Source: Octopus sinensis (taxonomy: Eukaryota). From it: 47,562 bases of DNA. Shown here piece by piece: positions 10,469 to 22,820 of the stretch (positions within the stretch are counted from its first letter, which is position 1; each line of letters opens with the position of its first letter). The position numbers and the translations under genes are program-made. The stretch lies in assembly GCF_006345805.1 (NCBI RefSeq), contig NW_021834496.1:1-47562 (forward strand), given 5' to 3'. The notes beneath the pieces are model-generated. The model ran no database searches and was not told the DNA's origin. It worked only from the letters and a program-made list of their open reading frames with translations.

Positions 10469-13399
10469 ACATCAGAGGACTGCAAACACTCAGTAACAGG
10501 ACAAAAATCCCGTTCCTGAGAGATTTTGTTGCATGCAATTAAGCCTTATGCATAGCATTAACGGAAACGCACCTGAAACCGGATATAGCAGATGCGGAGT
10601 TACACATACCACAGTATGCTGTACTACGGACCGACAGGAAAGAAAGGAGTCATGGAGGTGTCGCTATGTACATCCGTGAGGACCTCACACCCCAGGTCCT
10701 CTTGTCATACTCAAACTCGGTGTGTGACACACTAATTGTACATATTAAGCAACTTGATGTAGTTGTGTGTGCTACATATCGCCCTCCAGATGCCCCAAGC
10801 CATGTGGGCAAGTTTGAAGACTGCCTTATAAAAATAGAAGTTCTAACCACATTAGAACAACACATAAGTGTACTTCTTATGGGAGACTTCAATCTGCCAA
10901 ATGTCAGATGGCCCGAGGGCCTTTCTCTCCCAGGAATGACAAGATGTGAACGAGGACAGGCGAGGTCCCTCCTGAACCTCATCAACACCCTGTACATGGA
11001 GCAGGTAATACTCCAACCAACCAGGGTAGGTAACACACTGGATCTCTGCTTCACAAATGACATGGATCTCATCCATAATGTGAAAGTGACACCGACACTA
11101 CTCTCGGATCACAACATGATAGAGCTGACCATGTACGGGCCAAAAGAGAGCACGGACATGCAGCCTACAAGAAACCCCAGAATCTTTCCAGCTTGAACTA
11201 CCATAAGGCAAACTGGAAACAAATCGAGAAAGAGATCCTCAAACAAAACTGGCCTAAATGTCTCTCCTCGCCAGACATCGACGTGAAACTTCAACAATTC
11301 ATGTCTGTAATGCAAGCCATATGCTACAAATGTGTCCCAGAGAGAAAGGCCACTGTACACAAGAACAAAATCCCCAGAGAGAGGAAAATTTTAATGAGAC
11401 GGCGTACAAAATTTTCAAATCGCCTAAACAAACAGATTGAAAGCAGTGAAAAGTCCCGCCTAAAAATAAAACTGTTGGAAATCGAAAAATGTCTGCAACT
11501 CTCCCATGAAAAGGAAAGAGCACACAAAGAAGCCTGGGCTATAGACAACATAAAATCTAACCCCAGAGCTTTCTACAGGTATGCCAAAGAAACAGCCACG
11601 GTGCACTGTAGAATAGGGCCACTCCTCGAAAAGGATGGCACACTTACAGGAAAACCAATGAGGGTAAGTGAAATACTGAATGAGCAATTCAAGAGTGTTT
11701 TCACTCCACCCCTTGGGCATCTCCAAATCACCAATCCAACTGACTTCTTTACCACTGCAGATATGAAATCAGAGGCGGCGACGATAGATTACATCGATAT
11801 AAAGGAAGACGATGTAATCAAGGCTATAGATGAAATGAAAACAGACTCAGCTACTGGCCCCGATGGATTCCCGGCAATCCTCCTAAAAGCATGTAAGAGA
11901 GTCCTAGCAAGACCACTGCAGTTCCTCTTTCAGAGCTTCCTTGCAGCTGGCAAACTTCCAAGAAAACTGAAGGAAGGTAAAATATGCCCCATTCATAAAG
12001 GAGGTAGCAGAGCGGAAGCCAAGAACTATAGACCTATCTCTCTGACCTCACACATCAGAACGAATAGTCAGAAGGAAGCTGATCACCTTCCTTGAAGAGA
12101 ATGACTTGCTGCCCGACACCCAACATGGTTTCCGACCAGGGAGAAGCTGTTTAACTCAGCTCCTACAACACTATGACTGGGTGCTGAAACGGCTGCTCAA
12201 CCACTCAAATGTGGAAGTGATATATCTCGACTTTGCAAAGGCCTTTGATAAAGTCGATCATGGAATGATATGTCACAAACTGCGTGATCTCAACATAGTT
12301 GGAAAACTGGGAGAATGGCTTCATGACTTTCTGAAAGATAGAAGTCAGGTGGTAGTGGCCAATGGGGCCACTTCCATTAACACGCAAATAGTGAGCGGTG
12401 TTCCGCAGGGCACTGTTCTGGGACCACTACTGTTCATAATGGCCCTCTCAGACATGCCCTCAGCCACGCAGAGAGCCACGATCACAAGTTATGCAGATGA
12501 TACAAAAGTTTCACAGGCAATATAGAACCCTGAGGACACTAAACACCTGCAATGTGAGCTAGACAAAATATACAAGTGGGCCGAAAAGAATAGCATGCAG
12601 TTCAATGCTGAAAAGTTTCAAGCTCTATACTATCAGTATGCAAAACTAAATGCAATACCCAATCAATACACTGGACCCGGAGGAATAGCAATTCCAGAGG
12701 CACAATCAGTGCGTGACCTAGGTATTTACATGAGTGATGACGCGACCTTTCGTGTACATGTTGCTAAATTGGCAATGAAATGTAGACGACTGGCCGGATG
12801 GATCCTCAGAACCTTTAGAACAAGAGAACAAGAAACCATGATGGTCCTCTGGAGGACACTTGTCCTAAGCCACTTTGACTACTGCTCTCAGTTATGGTCA
12901 CCATCCAGTGTCAAGTTGATCACAGAGCTCGAGGCGATCCACGTAGCTACACGAAGAAGATAGCCTCTATGCAGAATGTAAGCTACTGGGAAAGACTCAA
13001 GAGATTAAAACTATATTCCCTGGAGCGTAGGCGGGAAAGATATGCCATAATATACATCTGGAAGATCCTGGAGGGAAGTGTCCTGAACTTTGGCATCGAG
13101 AGTTACGCAAATGCCAGAACTGGGCGCCACTGTGTGGTGCCTAGACTCCAAACTTGCCATCAAGATGTAGGACAAGATTCTGTGATAGCCTGGGCTTCCG
13201 AGGCCCACAGCTCTTCAATATCCTCCCGAAGAACCTGAGAGACCTGCATGGGGTGGATGCAGATGTCTTTAAAATGAAGCTGGATCTCTTCCTGTCAGGT
13301 GTCCCAGATGAACCAACTTCACGGCAGGAGGGGCAGATGAGGGCAGCTGCATCGAACTCTCTCATGCACCAAATAGCAGTTGCTAGAAAGCCTTCATGA
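10420..13399 (+). pseudogene. LINE ORF2 (APE endonuclease + reverse transcriptase), disrupted
   Basis: APE motifs LLNIRGL, ALTETHL, GGVAMY, YRPP, MGDFNLP, TLDLCFTN, SDHNMI. RT motifs NYRPISLTS, QHGFRPGRSC, YLDFAKAFDKV, SGVPQGTVLGPLLF, YADDTK, DLGIY, LERRRERY. Stops at 10540 and 12523, plus about four frameshifts (~11180, ~12060, ~12940, ~13145). Confidence 0.95.
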
Positions 13400-13490
13400 A
13401 GTGAAACCAAGTAGCAACACCAAATGGCGGTGCCCCAGCATGGCCACAGCTCATAAGCTGAAACTAGAATCAATCAAAAATCAATCAATC

Positions 13491-13676
<186 letters not shown>

Positions 13677-14044
13677 CAGGATCGAATATTCAGGAGTGAA
13701 TATTTACATAGATATCATTATTGATGTGTGGCCTTATGATTGATGTGTGTGCGTGCGTGTATATATGTATGCAAGATATACATGTGCACATGTCATGAAT
13801 ATGTAATTGTGGATATGTATTTATATATATTGTTGACGTGAAAGGAATTTAGAAACTTCAAGAAATTGAAAGAATTCTTTTTAGGAAAGGGTGAATCCCG
13901 AAGCAAATAAAGCTATGAATAATAGCCTGTAAATTCTGAGTGGAAACCTTCGGATCTGTACAATTTTTAGTGGTAAATATGAGGTTTCTAAGATGGATAC
14001 AGAAATTCGAAACGTTTCTTTGCTCCAATGTATCTATATAAGCA

Positions 14045-14602
14045 TGTATATTATTAGTTAGTTTTATTTCAAGATTTCTTGCCAATACAGAAAGAGCTAG
14101 TTTTTAACCAAGATCCAAGACTCCTGCATTGGCATTTAAAATGCATATTTTTGCATGTATGTACGTATATTTGTTTGTATGAATAAGTGCAGATTTTGGT
14201 TTATTCTCATGCATTTAGTTGCATGTCTAGACATGTTCATACATTCTTTAATGATAAACTTCTGGGAAGTTTTACAGATTTTTACAGTTCCAGTGATGAA
14301 TTGGATCTGTAATCTTGGAATTAGCTTTCTCTTTTCTCGTTTTGAGAAGCCTAATTTCTCTAGATTGGTATTTAGACAGTGTGTTACATATCCCAGTGCC
14401 CCAATAATTACAGGTATAAACCTGAACTTGTAATCTAGATAGAATGGCTGTAGATTCGTCAATAGTTCAGCGTAGATAGTTCCTTTTTCGCTGATCTTCA
14501 GCTTTATGTTAACATCCGCTGAGTGGGCAGATGAGTTCCACAGTTGTAGACAGTTTCTCTTCTTTATCCCAGATTACTACGTCAAGTCTATTATGCTTAG
14601 AA

Positions 14603-14604
<2 letters not shown>
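14045..14604 (-). mobile_element. 3' fragment of an RLE-type (R4/Dong/NeSL-like) non-LTR retrotransposon
   Basis: Minus strand: [82 protein letters not shown], a PD-(D/E)xK-type endonuclease C-terminus followed by 3' UTR. Confidence 0.8.
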
Positions 14605-14633
<29 letters not shown>

Positions 14634-14876
14634 TGTATGTATGTATGTATGTATGTATGTATCGATGGATGGATGGATGGATGGATGGACGGACGGACGG
14701 ACGGATGGATGGATGGATGGATGGATGGATGGATGGACGGACGGATGGACGGACGGACGGACGGACGGACGGACGGATGGATGGATGGATGGATGGATGG
14801 ATGGACGGACGGACGGACGGACGGACGGACGGACGGATGGATGGATGGATGGATGGATAGATGGATGGATGGATGT
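14605..14876. repeat. (TATG)n followed by (GGAT/GGAC)n microsatellite
   Basis: Direct reading. Confidence 0.96.
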
Positions 14877-15252
14877 ATAAGATTTGCTTAAGGCGCAGCT
14901 ACCCTTTTCCCTGTATCATCAGGTCAGCGAGCGACGCCTGAAATCTTCTGCTGCAAAAACTATGCAGTTGCTTAGAATTTCTTCGGAGAATACAAAAGTT
15001 GTTTCCTGTTGCCTTTTTTCGAACAGTTTTTCTTAATTTGCTTCTCGTTTTCCGTCGTTTATGGTTTATTTTTGTTTTTGATTTTTTGCTGAGCACCTTA
15101 TTTTCGGAAGAAACGGAAGATGAATTGAAAAACTAAAGATTGCAGTATTCGACTGGTACTTTACTGATCCCAAATGCAACAGAAGCAAAGCTGACTTGGG
15201 AGATATTTCACTTCAGCGTGCATAGATCCGAAATAACCACCGCAATACTTAC

Positions 15253-15357
15253 CATCCGAAACTCTGGCCAATCTTCTAATTCACCGCCATCAATTCTGGT
15301 TAGAAATGAGTTATTATTCAGCTTCTGTTGGCAAACTTCCATAATAGTATTTCCCAT
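15253..15357 (-). CDS. Candidate first coding exon of an unidentified host gene: MGNTIMEVCQQKLNNNSFLTRIDGGELEDWPEFRM (35 codons, phase-0 donor)
   Basis: ATG in AAT-ATG-G context with an upstream in-frame TAA; non-repetitive, protein-like composition; ends at a perfect GTAAGT donor (15252-15247). Plausible acceptor TGTTATCTTTCAAG at 15392 and upstream donor GTAAGT at 15522, giving a 131 nt intron. Confidence 0.55.
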
Positions 15358-15570
15358 ATTTTCGTGACATTTATTAATTTACTTTTAATAACTTGAAAGA
15401 TAACACAACAAATATGACACAACGTTAAAAGACAAATTATCGGCAAGCACGATATCGGCGGACAAACAACAAAATCCGACATGGCGCCTAACTTTCGTTA
15501 TGTCTATCTCTTCAATACTTACATCGTTCAGTTCAAAGCAAAGAGAAATTAACTAGAGCTAAGTTACATT

Positions 15571-16520
<950 letters not shown>

Positions 16521-16909
16521 ACATGATTTATAACCCTGGCGCAATGCCAACTGTTTGCGTATAAAGACATAATTGATTTTAATCAACCTTGGTTCTTCAC
16601 TGATTAGCACTAATTTTCATCGACGACGGAAGGATAAAAGGCAACATTGATATTCGTGTAATGTGAACACGGAAACTAAAGGGCAAGGAGCAAACTTTAT
16701 ACCACACGTTATTTTTAATCGGTGCTCTACTGCTCTTGACAGCAATAAATGTATTTTAAAGTGGTGCGAAGCAGTAACTTTTATGAAATTAGTGATGCTT
16801 TCCGTTTACCATTAAGTAAGTACTAAGTCTATGTATAAATAATTGAGCAGAACATCTTTCTTTGACGAACGACTTTTTCTGAAACGTTAGATTTATATTA
16901 CAGAAATGT

Positions 16910-17100
16910 ACTTGCATAGCAAGTGACCTGATCTGAGATCGTGTGCTGGAACGAAAACAATTGCAGTGTGGAAGGTGTTTATAAGCCATTTAAGAAACAC
17001 ACAAAACCCAGATTCACTTCAACATTTAAATTTAATTTGCCGAAATATTTTCGGTGCTTTGAGAACGCGACTTGTTCACTGACAAAATTCCGTGCTGCAT
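16910..17100 (+). repeat. Dispersed repeat, copy of 4942-5130
   Basis: See 4942-5130. Confidence 0.85.
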
Positions 17101-17411
17101 CTCAGATATTTTTGTTAGATTTTTATTTTTTCCTTAAAGGAACATTTAGTAGGTTTTTCGTATTACTATCCTAAAACCCACTTCACAGTGGAATTCCTGC
17201 AGCAGATTTGAACTTATAACGTAAGAGACCGCAAGACGATATTTGCTAGACGATATTTGGTATTTGCCATAGTTTGCCTGTTTACAGACAACGGCCCTCT
17301 TTCGTCTCTCCTAAGATCTCTCCAACTATCTACACTGTCTTTCCCCACTCCTTCTTCCCCTGTCATAAGTTTTCATGTCTTATCTATCACGTTGACGCCG
17401 TTTATTTTATA

Positions 17412-17560
17412 CCAGCGATCAGCTGGCAGAATCGTTAGCACGCTGGGTGAAATGCTTAGCAGTGCGTTCTGTCTGCCTTTACATTCCGAGTTCAAATTCC
17501 ACCCTGGTCGACTTAACCTTTCGTCCTTTCGGTATAAAATAAGCCCCATCTGATGTAATC
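17412..17560 (+). mobile_element. SINE family A copy (diverged)
   Basis: AGCTGGCAGAATCGTTAGCACGCTGGGTGAAATGCTTAGC..GAGTTCAAATTCC..CTTTCGTCCTTTCGG. Confidence 0.8.
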
Positions 17561-18811
17561 TACTTAACTTCTCCTGGATATGAGTATAAGAATTGCATCC
17601 CTCTGCCAATCCATGTCGTGCCAGTGTAGAAGAGTTGACTCATCAAACCAGAATGGTCTCAATTTCGAATTCACGGCCCCCACATCGGTTTCTGGTTGGA
17701 GAGAACATGTTGAGGAATTCGCCCTGCATCGAACTAAACATAGGCAATCCAATCCAGTATTGTTGGTTATCTCGAGATGAAAAACTTAAAATCAAATACA
17801 AGTCAGTTGATCCTGTAGCGAGGAGATATGTTTTACTGTGAAGTCGTCGAGACGAAGGCTTCGAAACTACGCGCATTCTCTGCTGGTGGCTCCTGTATGA
17901 AAAGTTTTCGTTTGTCGTCCGGTAAGCAGAGCTTTCGTTTGGCGCTCGGTATGCGGAGCTTTAGTTTGGCAACACTTGTGCAAGTAAGCTGCTTACAATT
18001 CTCTTTACATTCTATCGCTGGTGTTCAGATTCTAATCCAGTTTTTCCTGAATGAACTGAGGTTACGAAAGCGTTTCAGACATGACCATCCAGCTGTTTGT
18101 ATTCAGCTTTACACCTGTGTGTGAATGTTTATGTTCTTTGTGTGTGCGAGTGCATGCGTGCGTGTTGGATTGTGTGTGTGAGATAGAGAGAGTGCGTGTC
18201 TGTGTATGTGTATGTGAGTGTATGTTTGAAGTTTTGAATTCCAACAGAATGGAAGTTTGGACTTATATTCACTTTTCCTTCTACTGTATTATTCTGTTGG
18301 AACATTCTTCAGGTAGATAGCGTTACGTCATCATATCAGTACAAACACACACCATACACACATGCACGCACACACACACAATCATATATAAATATTTTGT
18401 ATCTTGGGAAGGTCATTATGCCAATAATAAACGCACTGGTTAAATTTCACATCTCTATTTATTAGTGGAATTAACCTCTCAATATACAAAATCAATTACG
18501 CACTGGGGTCGATGTAATCGGCTTAATCCCTTTGTCTCTCCTTGTTTCTCCCCTCTATGTTTAGCCCCCTGTTGGCAATAAAGAAATAAATATTCAAAAT
18601 CAACTGCTTCAATACAAGACTTCGCGTCAAGAATTGTGCTAACCAAAAGGAAATGTGTATGTGTGTGTGTGTGTGTGTGTTTGTGTTATATGTATATATA
18701 ATTATATACATACATATATGTGCTTATGCATGTAGTTGTCGTGTTTAAAACTATTAATAATAAGATGACCCGGACCGTTTTAGAGTAAGAATATCAGGTG
18801 TACCCAGAAAG

Positions 18812-19110
18812 AAACTGAACTTTTAAAACTCAAAAATCTTTATTCCATTTGCAATTTTATTCAAAACTGCCTTTTGAAGATTGTTACCCCATCACCACTA
18901 CAACCACCACCGCTGTGGATATGCGGCCTGCAAATCCTTCCCAAAGTTTGGAAGGCATCCTGCACAGTACTCATTGAGAATATTTTTGGATGACTACTTC
19001 TATCACCAAAAATCGCAACATTTCGAGGTGGATTTGAACTTTGGAAGGAGAAAAAAATATCTAAAGGTACCTGAGTCCGAGGAATGGTGCGTCGCAGAAC
19101 ATAAATCACC
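18812..19110 (-). mobile_element. Degenerate mariner 3'-terminal fragment
   Basis: Minus strand FFLLPKFKSTSKCCDF..QDAFQTL..SGG resembles a mariner C-terminus (DFFLFPKLK...AFQ...GDYFE), followed by AATAAA and the terminal TTCTTTCTGGGTACACCTGATA. Confidence 0.55.
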
Positions 19111-19150
19111 TCGTGACTTACCAAATTGTCACTGATAAGGAATGGCTTAA

Positions 19151-19555
19151 CGTTTCTGCCAGCTCACTAAGGCGAAATGCTTAGCGGTATTTCGTCTGCC
19201 GCTACGTTCTGAGTTCAAATTCCGCCGAGGTCGACTTTGCCTTTCATCCTTTCGGGGTCGATTAAATAAGTACCAGTTACGCACTGGGATCAATATAATC
19301 GACTTAATTCGTTTGTCTGTCCTTGTTTGTCCTCTCTGTGTTTAGCCCCTTGTGGGTAGTAAAGAAATAAGTATTTCGTCTGCCGTTACGTGCTGAGTTC
19401 AAATTCCGCCGAGGTCGACTTTGCCTTTCATCCTTTTGGGGGTCGATAAATTAAGTACCAGTTGCGTACTGGAGTCGATGTAATCGACTTAATCCCTTTG
19501 TCTGTCCTTGTTTGCCCTCTCTGTGTTTAACCCCTTGTGGTTAGTAAAGAAATAA
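19151..19555 (+). mobile_element. Dimeric SINE family A insertion with 17 bp TSD and inverted 5' head
   Basis: GATAAGGAATGGCTTAA at 19134-19150 and 19556-19572; two core units; 19149-19170 is the reverse complement of the SINE head. Confidence 0.88.
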
Positions 19556-19934
19556 GATAAGGAATGGCTTAAAAGAAACTACGTTATCGTGATGCAACAT
19601 GATTTATGTATTCACGGTTGAAACACATTTCTCAGGCTCTCCCTTGCTCTCTATCTCTTTCTCTCTTCTTCTCTCTCCCTACCTCTTTCTTTCTCTCTTT
19701 TTGTCTCTTTCTGTCTCACCCTCTCTCCCAAATGTCTTGCGAATGGATATGGTAGATGCTAGCTGAAGTGTATGATAGGCCTACGTTTATAAATATATAT
19801 ATATATATATAAACAAAATGAGAAATCACTATGTGGATCACTTTTATGCAAAAATTAGATGTGTGTCGTTGTATAAATATATGTGTGTATGTATGCATAT
19901 ATGTATTATGTATGTATATGTATACATATGTGTT

Positions 19935-20287
19935 TGCGTGTGTGAGTATATATGCTGCTGAGACCCCCTTCGGTCATGACTGACCATGGAATTGCACCTA
20001 GAAAGTTCCCCTCCGAGGCACAAGTCCGAACAATGTTGTTTATGGAAGACCAGCAGTCGCCTATGCATACCGGCCTCCCCTCTCCATGACACCAGTGTTA
20101 TCCAAGGGAAAGGCAAAAGCCGATATAGCTTGTGACGTCACAACTCATTTCTACAGCTGAGTGAACTAGAGCAATATGAAATAAAGTGCCTTGCTCAAGA
20201 ACACAGCACCAGCCCAGTCCGGGATTCGAACTCACATACTTACGATCGTAAGCTCGACGCTCTACCCACTGAGCCATGCGCCTTCAT
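19935..20287 (-). mobile_element. tRNA-derived SINE family C (central CAGCTGAGTGAACT-type domain); related degenerate copy at 30165-30345
   Basis: Minus-strand head GGCGCATGGCTCAGTGGGTAGAGCG..GAGTTCGAATCCCGG with A and B boxes, followed by a non-tRNA body. Confidence 0.8.
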
Positions 20288-20461
20288 GAGTATATATATA
20301 TACACGCATATATATACACACGTATATATATATATATATGTATGTATGTATGTATGTAAATATATAGATAGATAGATACATACATACATACACATACATA
20401 CATACATACATCATACATACATACATACATACATACATACATACATACACGTGTACCTGTG

Positions 20462-20690
20462 TGTGTGCGTTCTTTGTTTGTCCTATCATCTTTTGCTAAG
20501 CAGCGTTGGTTGCTTTACGTCCTCCTAACCTAACGGTTCGACAATAGAGACGGATATAAAAAATACCGGTCTTAAACATTAAAAAAACACAACTAGGTAT
20601 TGGCGTCAATTTGTCGCCCTACATCTCTGAAGGTGGTGCCCCAGCATGGCCACCGTCCAATGACTGAGACAAGTAAAAGAAAGAAAAACA
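20462..20690 (+). mobile_element. Diverged SINE family B 3' half with LINE-like tail
   Basis: GAAGGTGGTGCCCCAGCATGGCCACCGTCCAATGACTGAGACAAGTAAAAG. Confidence 0.75.
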
Positions 20691-20999
20691 TTTCTTTTAA
20701 TAAGAAACAGAATTGCGTACCGTTTCTTGTAATTCGCCACATACAGTAGACAAACGATCACTCTGGCGTAAGTAGGTCAACGACTGACCCACATCAATTG
20801 ACATGACTCAGCTATTACTAGAATCAAGGTCAAGGTCGCCTATAAACGAATTTGAAGCGCGGAATACGCCGCACCGTTTGGTTGGTGTATTGTTTTAAAA
20901 GTTCTTTCTTTTGGAGAAAGGCCTGTTTATTTAGGTCTTGGACAGAATGTGTCACAATAGTGGTGATACGGCGCGAAAAGTCGAGCGTTTAATTAACCA

Positions 21000-21160
21000 A
21001 CATACGCTTATCTATGTCTTTCGCTCTCTCTCGCTGTTTCCTTCTTTCCTTCTATCTCTCTCTCCCTCTTTCTTCATCAGTCTATCGCTTTTGATGTCTC
21101 TCTCTCTATCTCTCTTCATCAATCTCTTTCTTTCTGTTTGTCTCAATCAATGTATCGCTT

Positions 21161-21200
<40 letters not shown>

Positions 21201-21786
21201 AGTCCCTTTCTCTTTCTCAATTCGTCTCTTAAAATGTTGATTCCTCACACACTCTCTCTCACTTTATCTATTTCTCTATCTGCTTATATTTTACTCTCTC
21301 ATTCTCTCTGTCTAGCTGTTTATCTGTCTATGTATCTCGCTCTCTCTCTCTCTCTCTCTCACTCAATTTCTTTTTCTGCCTATCTACGTAATCTATCCAT
21401 TTCTCTCTCTCTCTCTCTCTCACTCACTCTCTCCCTTTCACGTACACACACATATTCACATACAGACATACACATTCACTCTTCTTTCTTTCTCTCTTTC
21501 TCTCTCTCTCTCTCTTTCCCTTTTTCTCTCCCGCAGCCCAGAGAATCTTTACCGTTTCATTTAGAGCTAAAGTGACAGGAATGTAAGCAAATAACAACAA
21601 AACATCAAAACAACAAAACAACAAAACACATTCGGAGTAAATAAATCGGAAGAAACATATTCATTCTTACATCAGAAAACAAGATAAATGTCTTACTGAT
21701 GCAATGAATGTTTTTTATATGGAAACAGAGAGGAAATGATGGCTGAACGAAAACAAAACAACAATCACAACAACAACAACAACAAC

Positions 21787-21837
<51 letters not shown>

Positions 21838-22402
21838 GTAAATAAGAAGAAAATGAAGAAAATGATAGGTAAACGAGAGTTTAGTGAAGATTGCATCAGT
21901 GAGTAGATATGGCGTTTGTGTGTTAAAGAGAAGCACGGAAATAATGGCGCGACTGACAATATAATTAGATGGAAGCGTTGTAATTAAACAGGGGGCCTGT
22001 GAGGTATGTTGTTTACGTAAGAGAATGTAATAGACTGGTGAAGTAGATAAATGGGTAGTGTCAGAGAGGATGAGGGAGAGGATGAGAGACAGACGGATAA
22101 GAAGAGGTAGAGGTAGACATTGGCGGAGACAGAGAGAGAGAGTGAGTGAGAGAGAGATAGAGGAAGAAAGCGAGAGAGAGAGAGAGAAAGAAAAGATATT
22201 GAGAGAAACAGACAGGCAGACGTAGACATTGACGGAGATAGATAGAGAGAGAGTGACAGACAGACAGACCGACAGAGAAAGAGACAGAGATAGACAGAGA
22301 GACAGACAGAGGAAGAGTGAAAGTAAGAAAGAAAGAAGGAAAGAAGGAAAGAAAGAATGAAAGAAAGAAAGAAATAAAGAAAGAAAGAAGGAAGGAAAGA
22401 AA

Positions 22403-22439
<37 letters not shown>

Positions 22440-22820
22440 AGGAAAGAAAGAAAGAAGAATAGAAAAAAAGAAGAAAAGAAAAAAGAAGGAAAAAAGAAAG
22501 CGAGAGTGACTAAATAAGATTTACCTATGTGAAAAAGATAGAGGAGACAGACAGGCAGACAGGCAAGCAGGTAGATAGGCAGAGGTAGAGATTGACGGAG
22601 AGAGAGAGATAAAGAAAGCGAGAGAGAAAGAGAGAGAAAGCGAAAGAGAGAGAGAGAAAAGAAAGCGAGAGAGAGAGAGAGAGAGGTAAATATAGAGATG
22701 GAGAAAGAGAAAATAGTTGATTAAATGAATTAGAGAGTGTGAGAGAGTGAGTGCGAGCGACGGGAAGAGAGAAAGAGAGAGGTAACTAGAAAAGAAAAGA
22801 AATAGGAAGAGGGAAATAAT
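21000..22820. repeat. Polypyrimidine (CT)n field, (CAA)n(TAA)n, then polypurine (GA)n/(GAAA)n field
   Basis: Direct reading. Confidence 0.92.

Larger units (their letters stand above)
9667..13490 (+). mobile_element. Near-complete but inactivated CR1/L2-group (Jockey superfamily, APE-type) non-LTR retrotransposon
   Basis: ORF1 with CCCH finger, overlapping ORF2 with APE endonuclease and RT, 3' UTR with stem-loop and (AATC)n tail; possible (AT)5 target-site duplication at 9657-9666 and 13491-13500. Confidence 0.95.

Noticed and set aside
9725-13473. Minus-strand and alternative-frame ORFs over the LINE (and plus-strand ORFs over the Dong element, 34150-36634)
   Set aside because: Shadow frames of retroelement coding sequence.
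17564-17752. ORF starting 'MDCLC', resembling the PSD-95/DLG4 palmitoylated N-terminus
   Set aside because: The first codon is TTG, not ATG, and the similarity ends after five residues.
20215-20287. tRNA-like sequences (also 8960-9031, 26815-26877 and SINE A heads)
   Set aside because: They have A/B boxes but no complete cloverleaf and run into SINE bodies; these are SINE heads, not tRNA genes.
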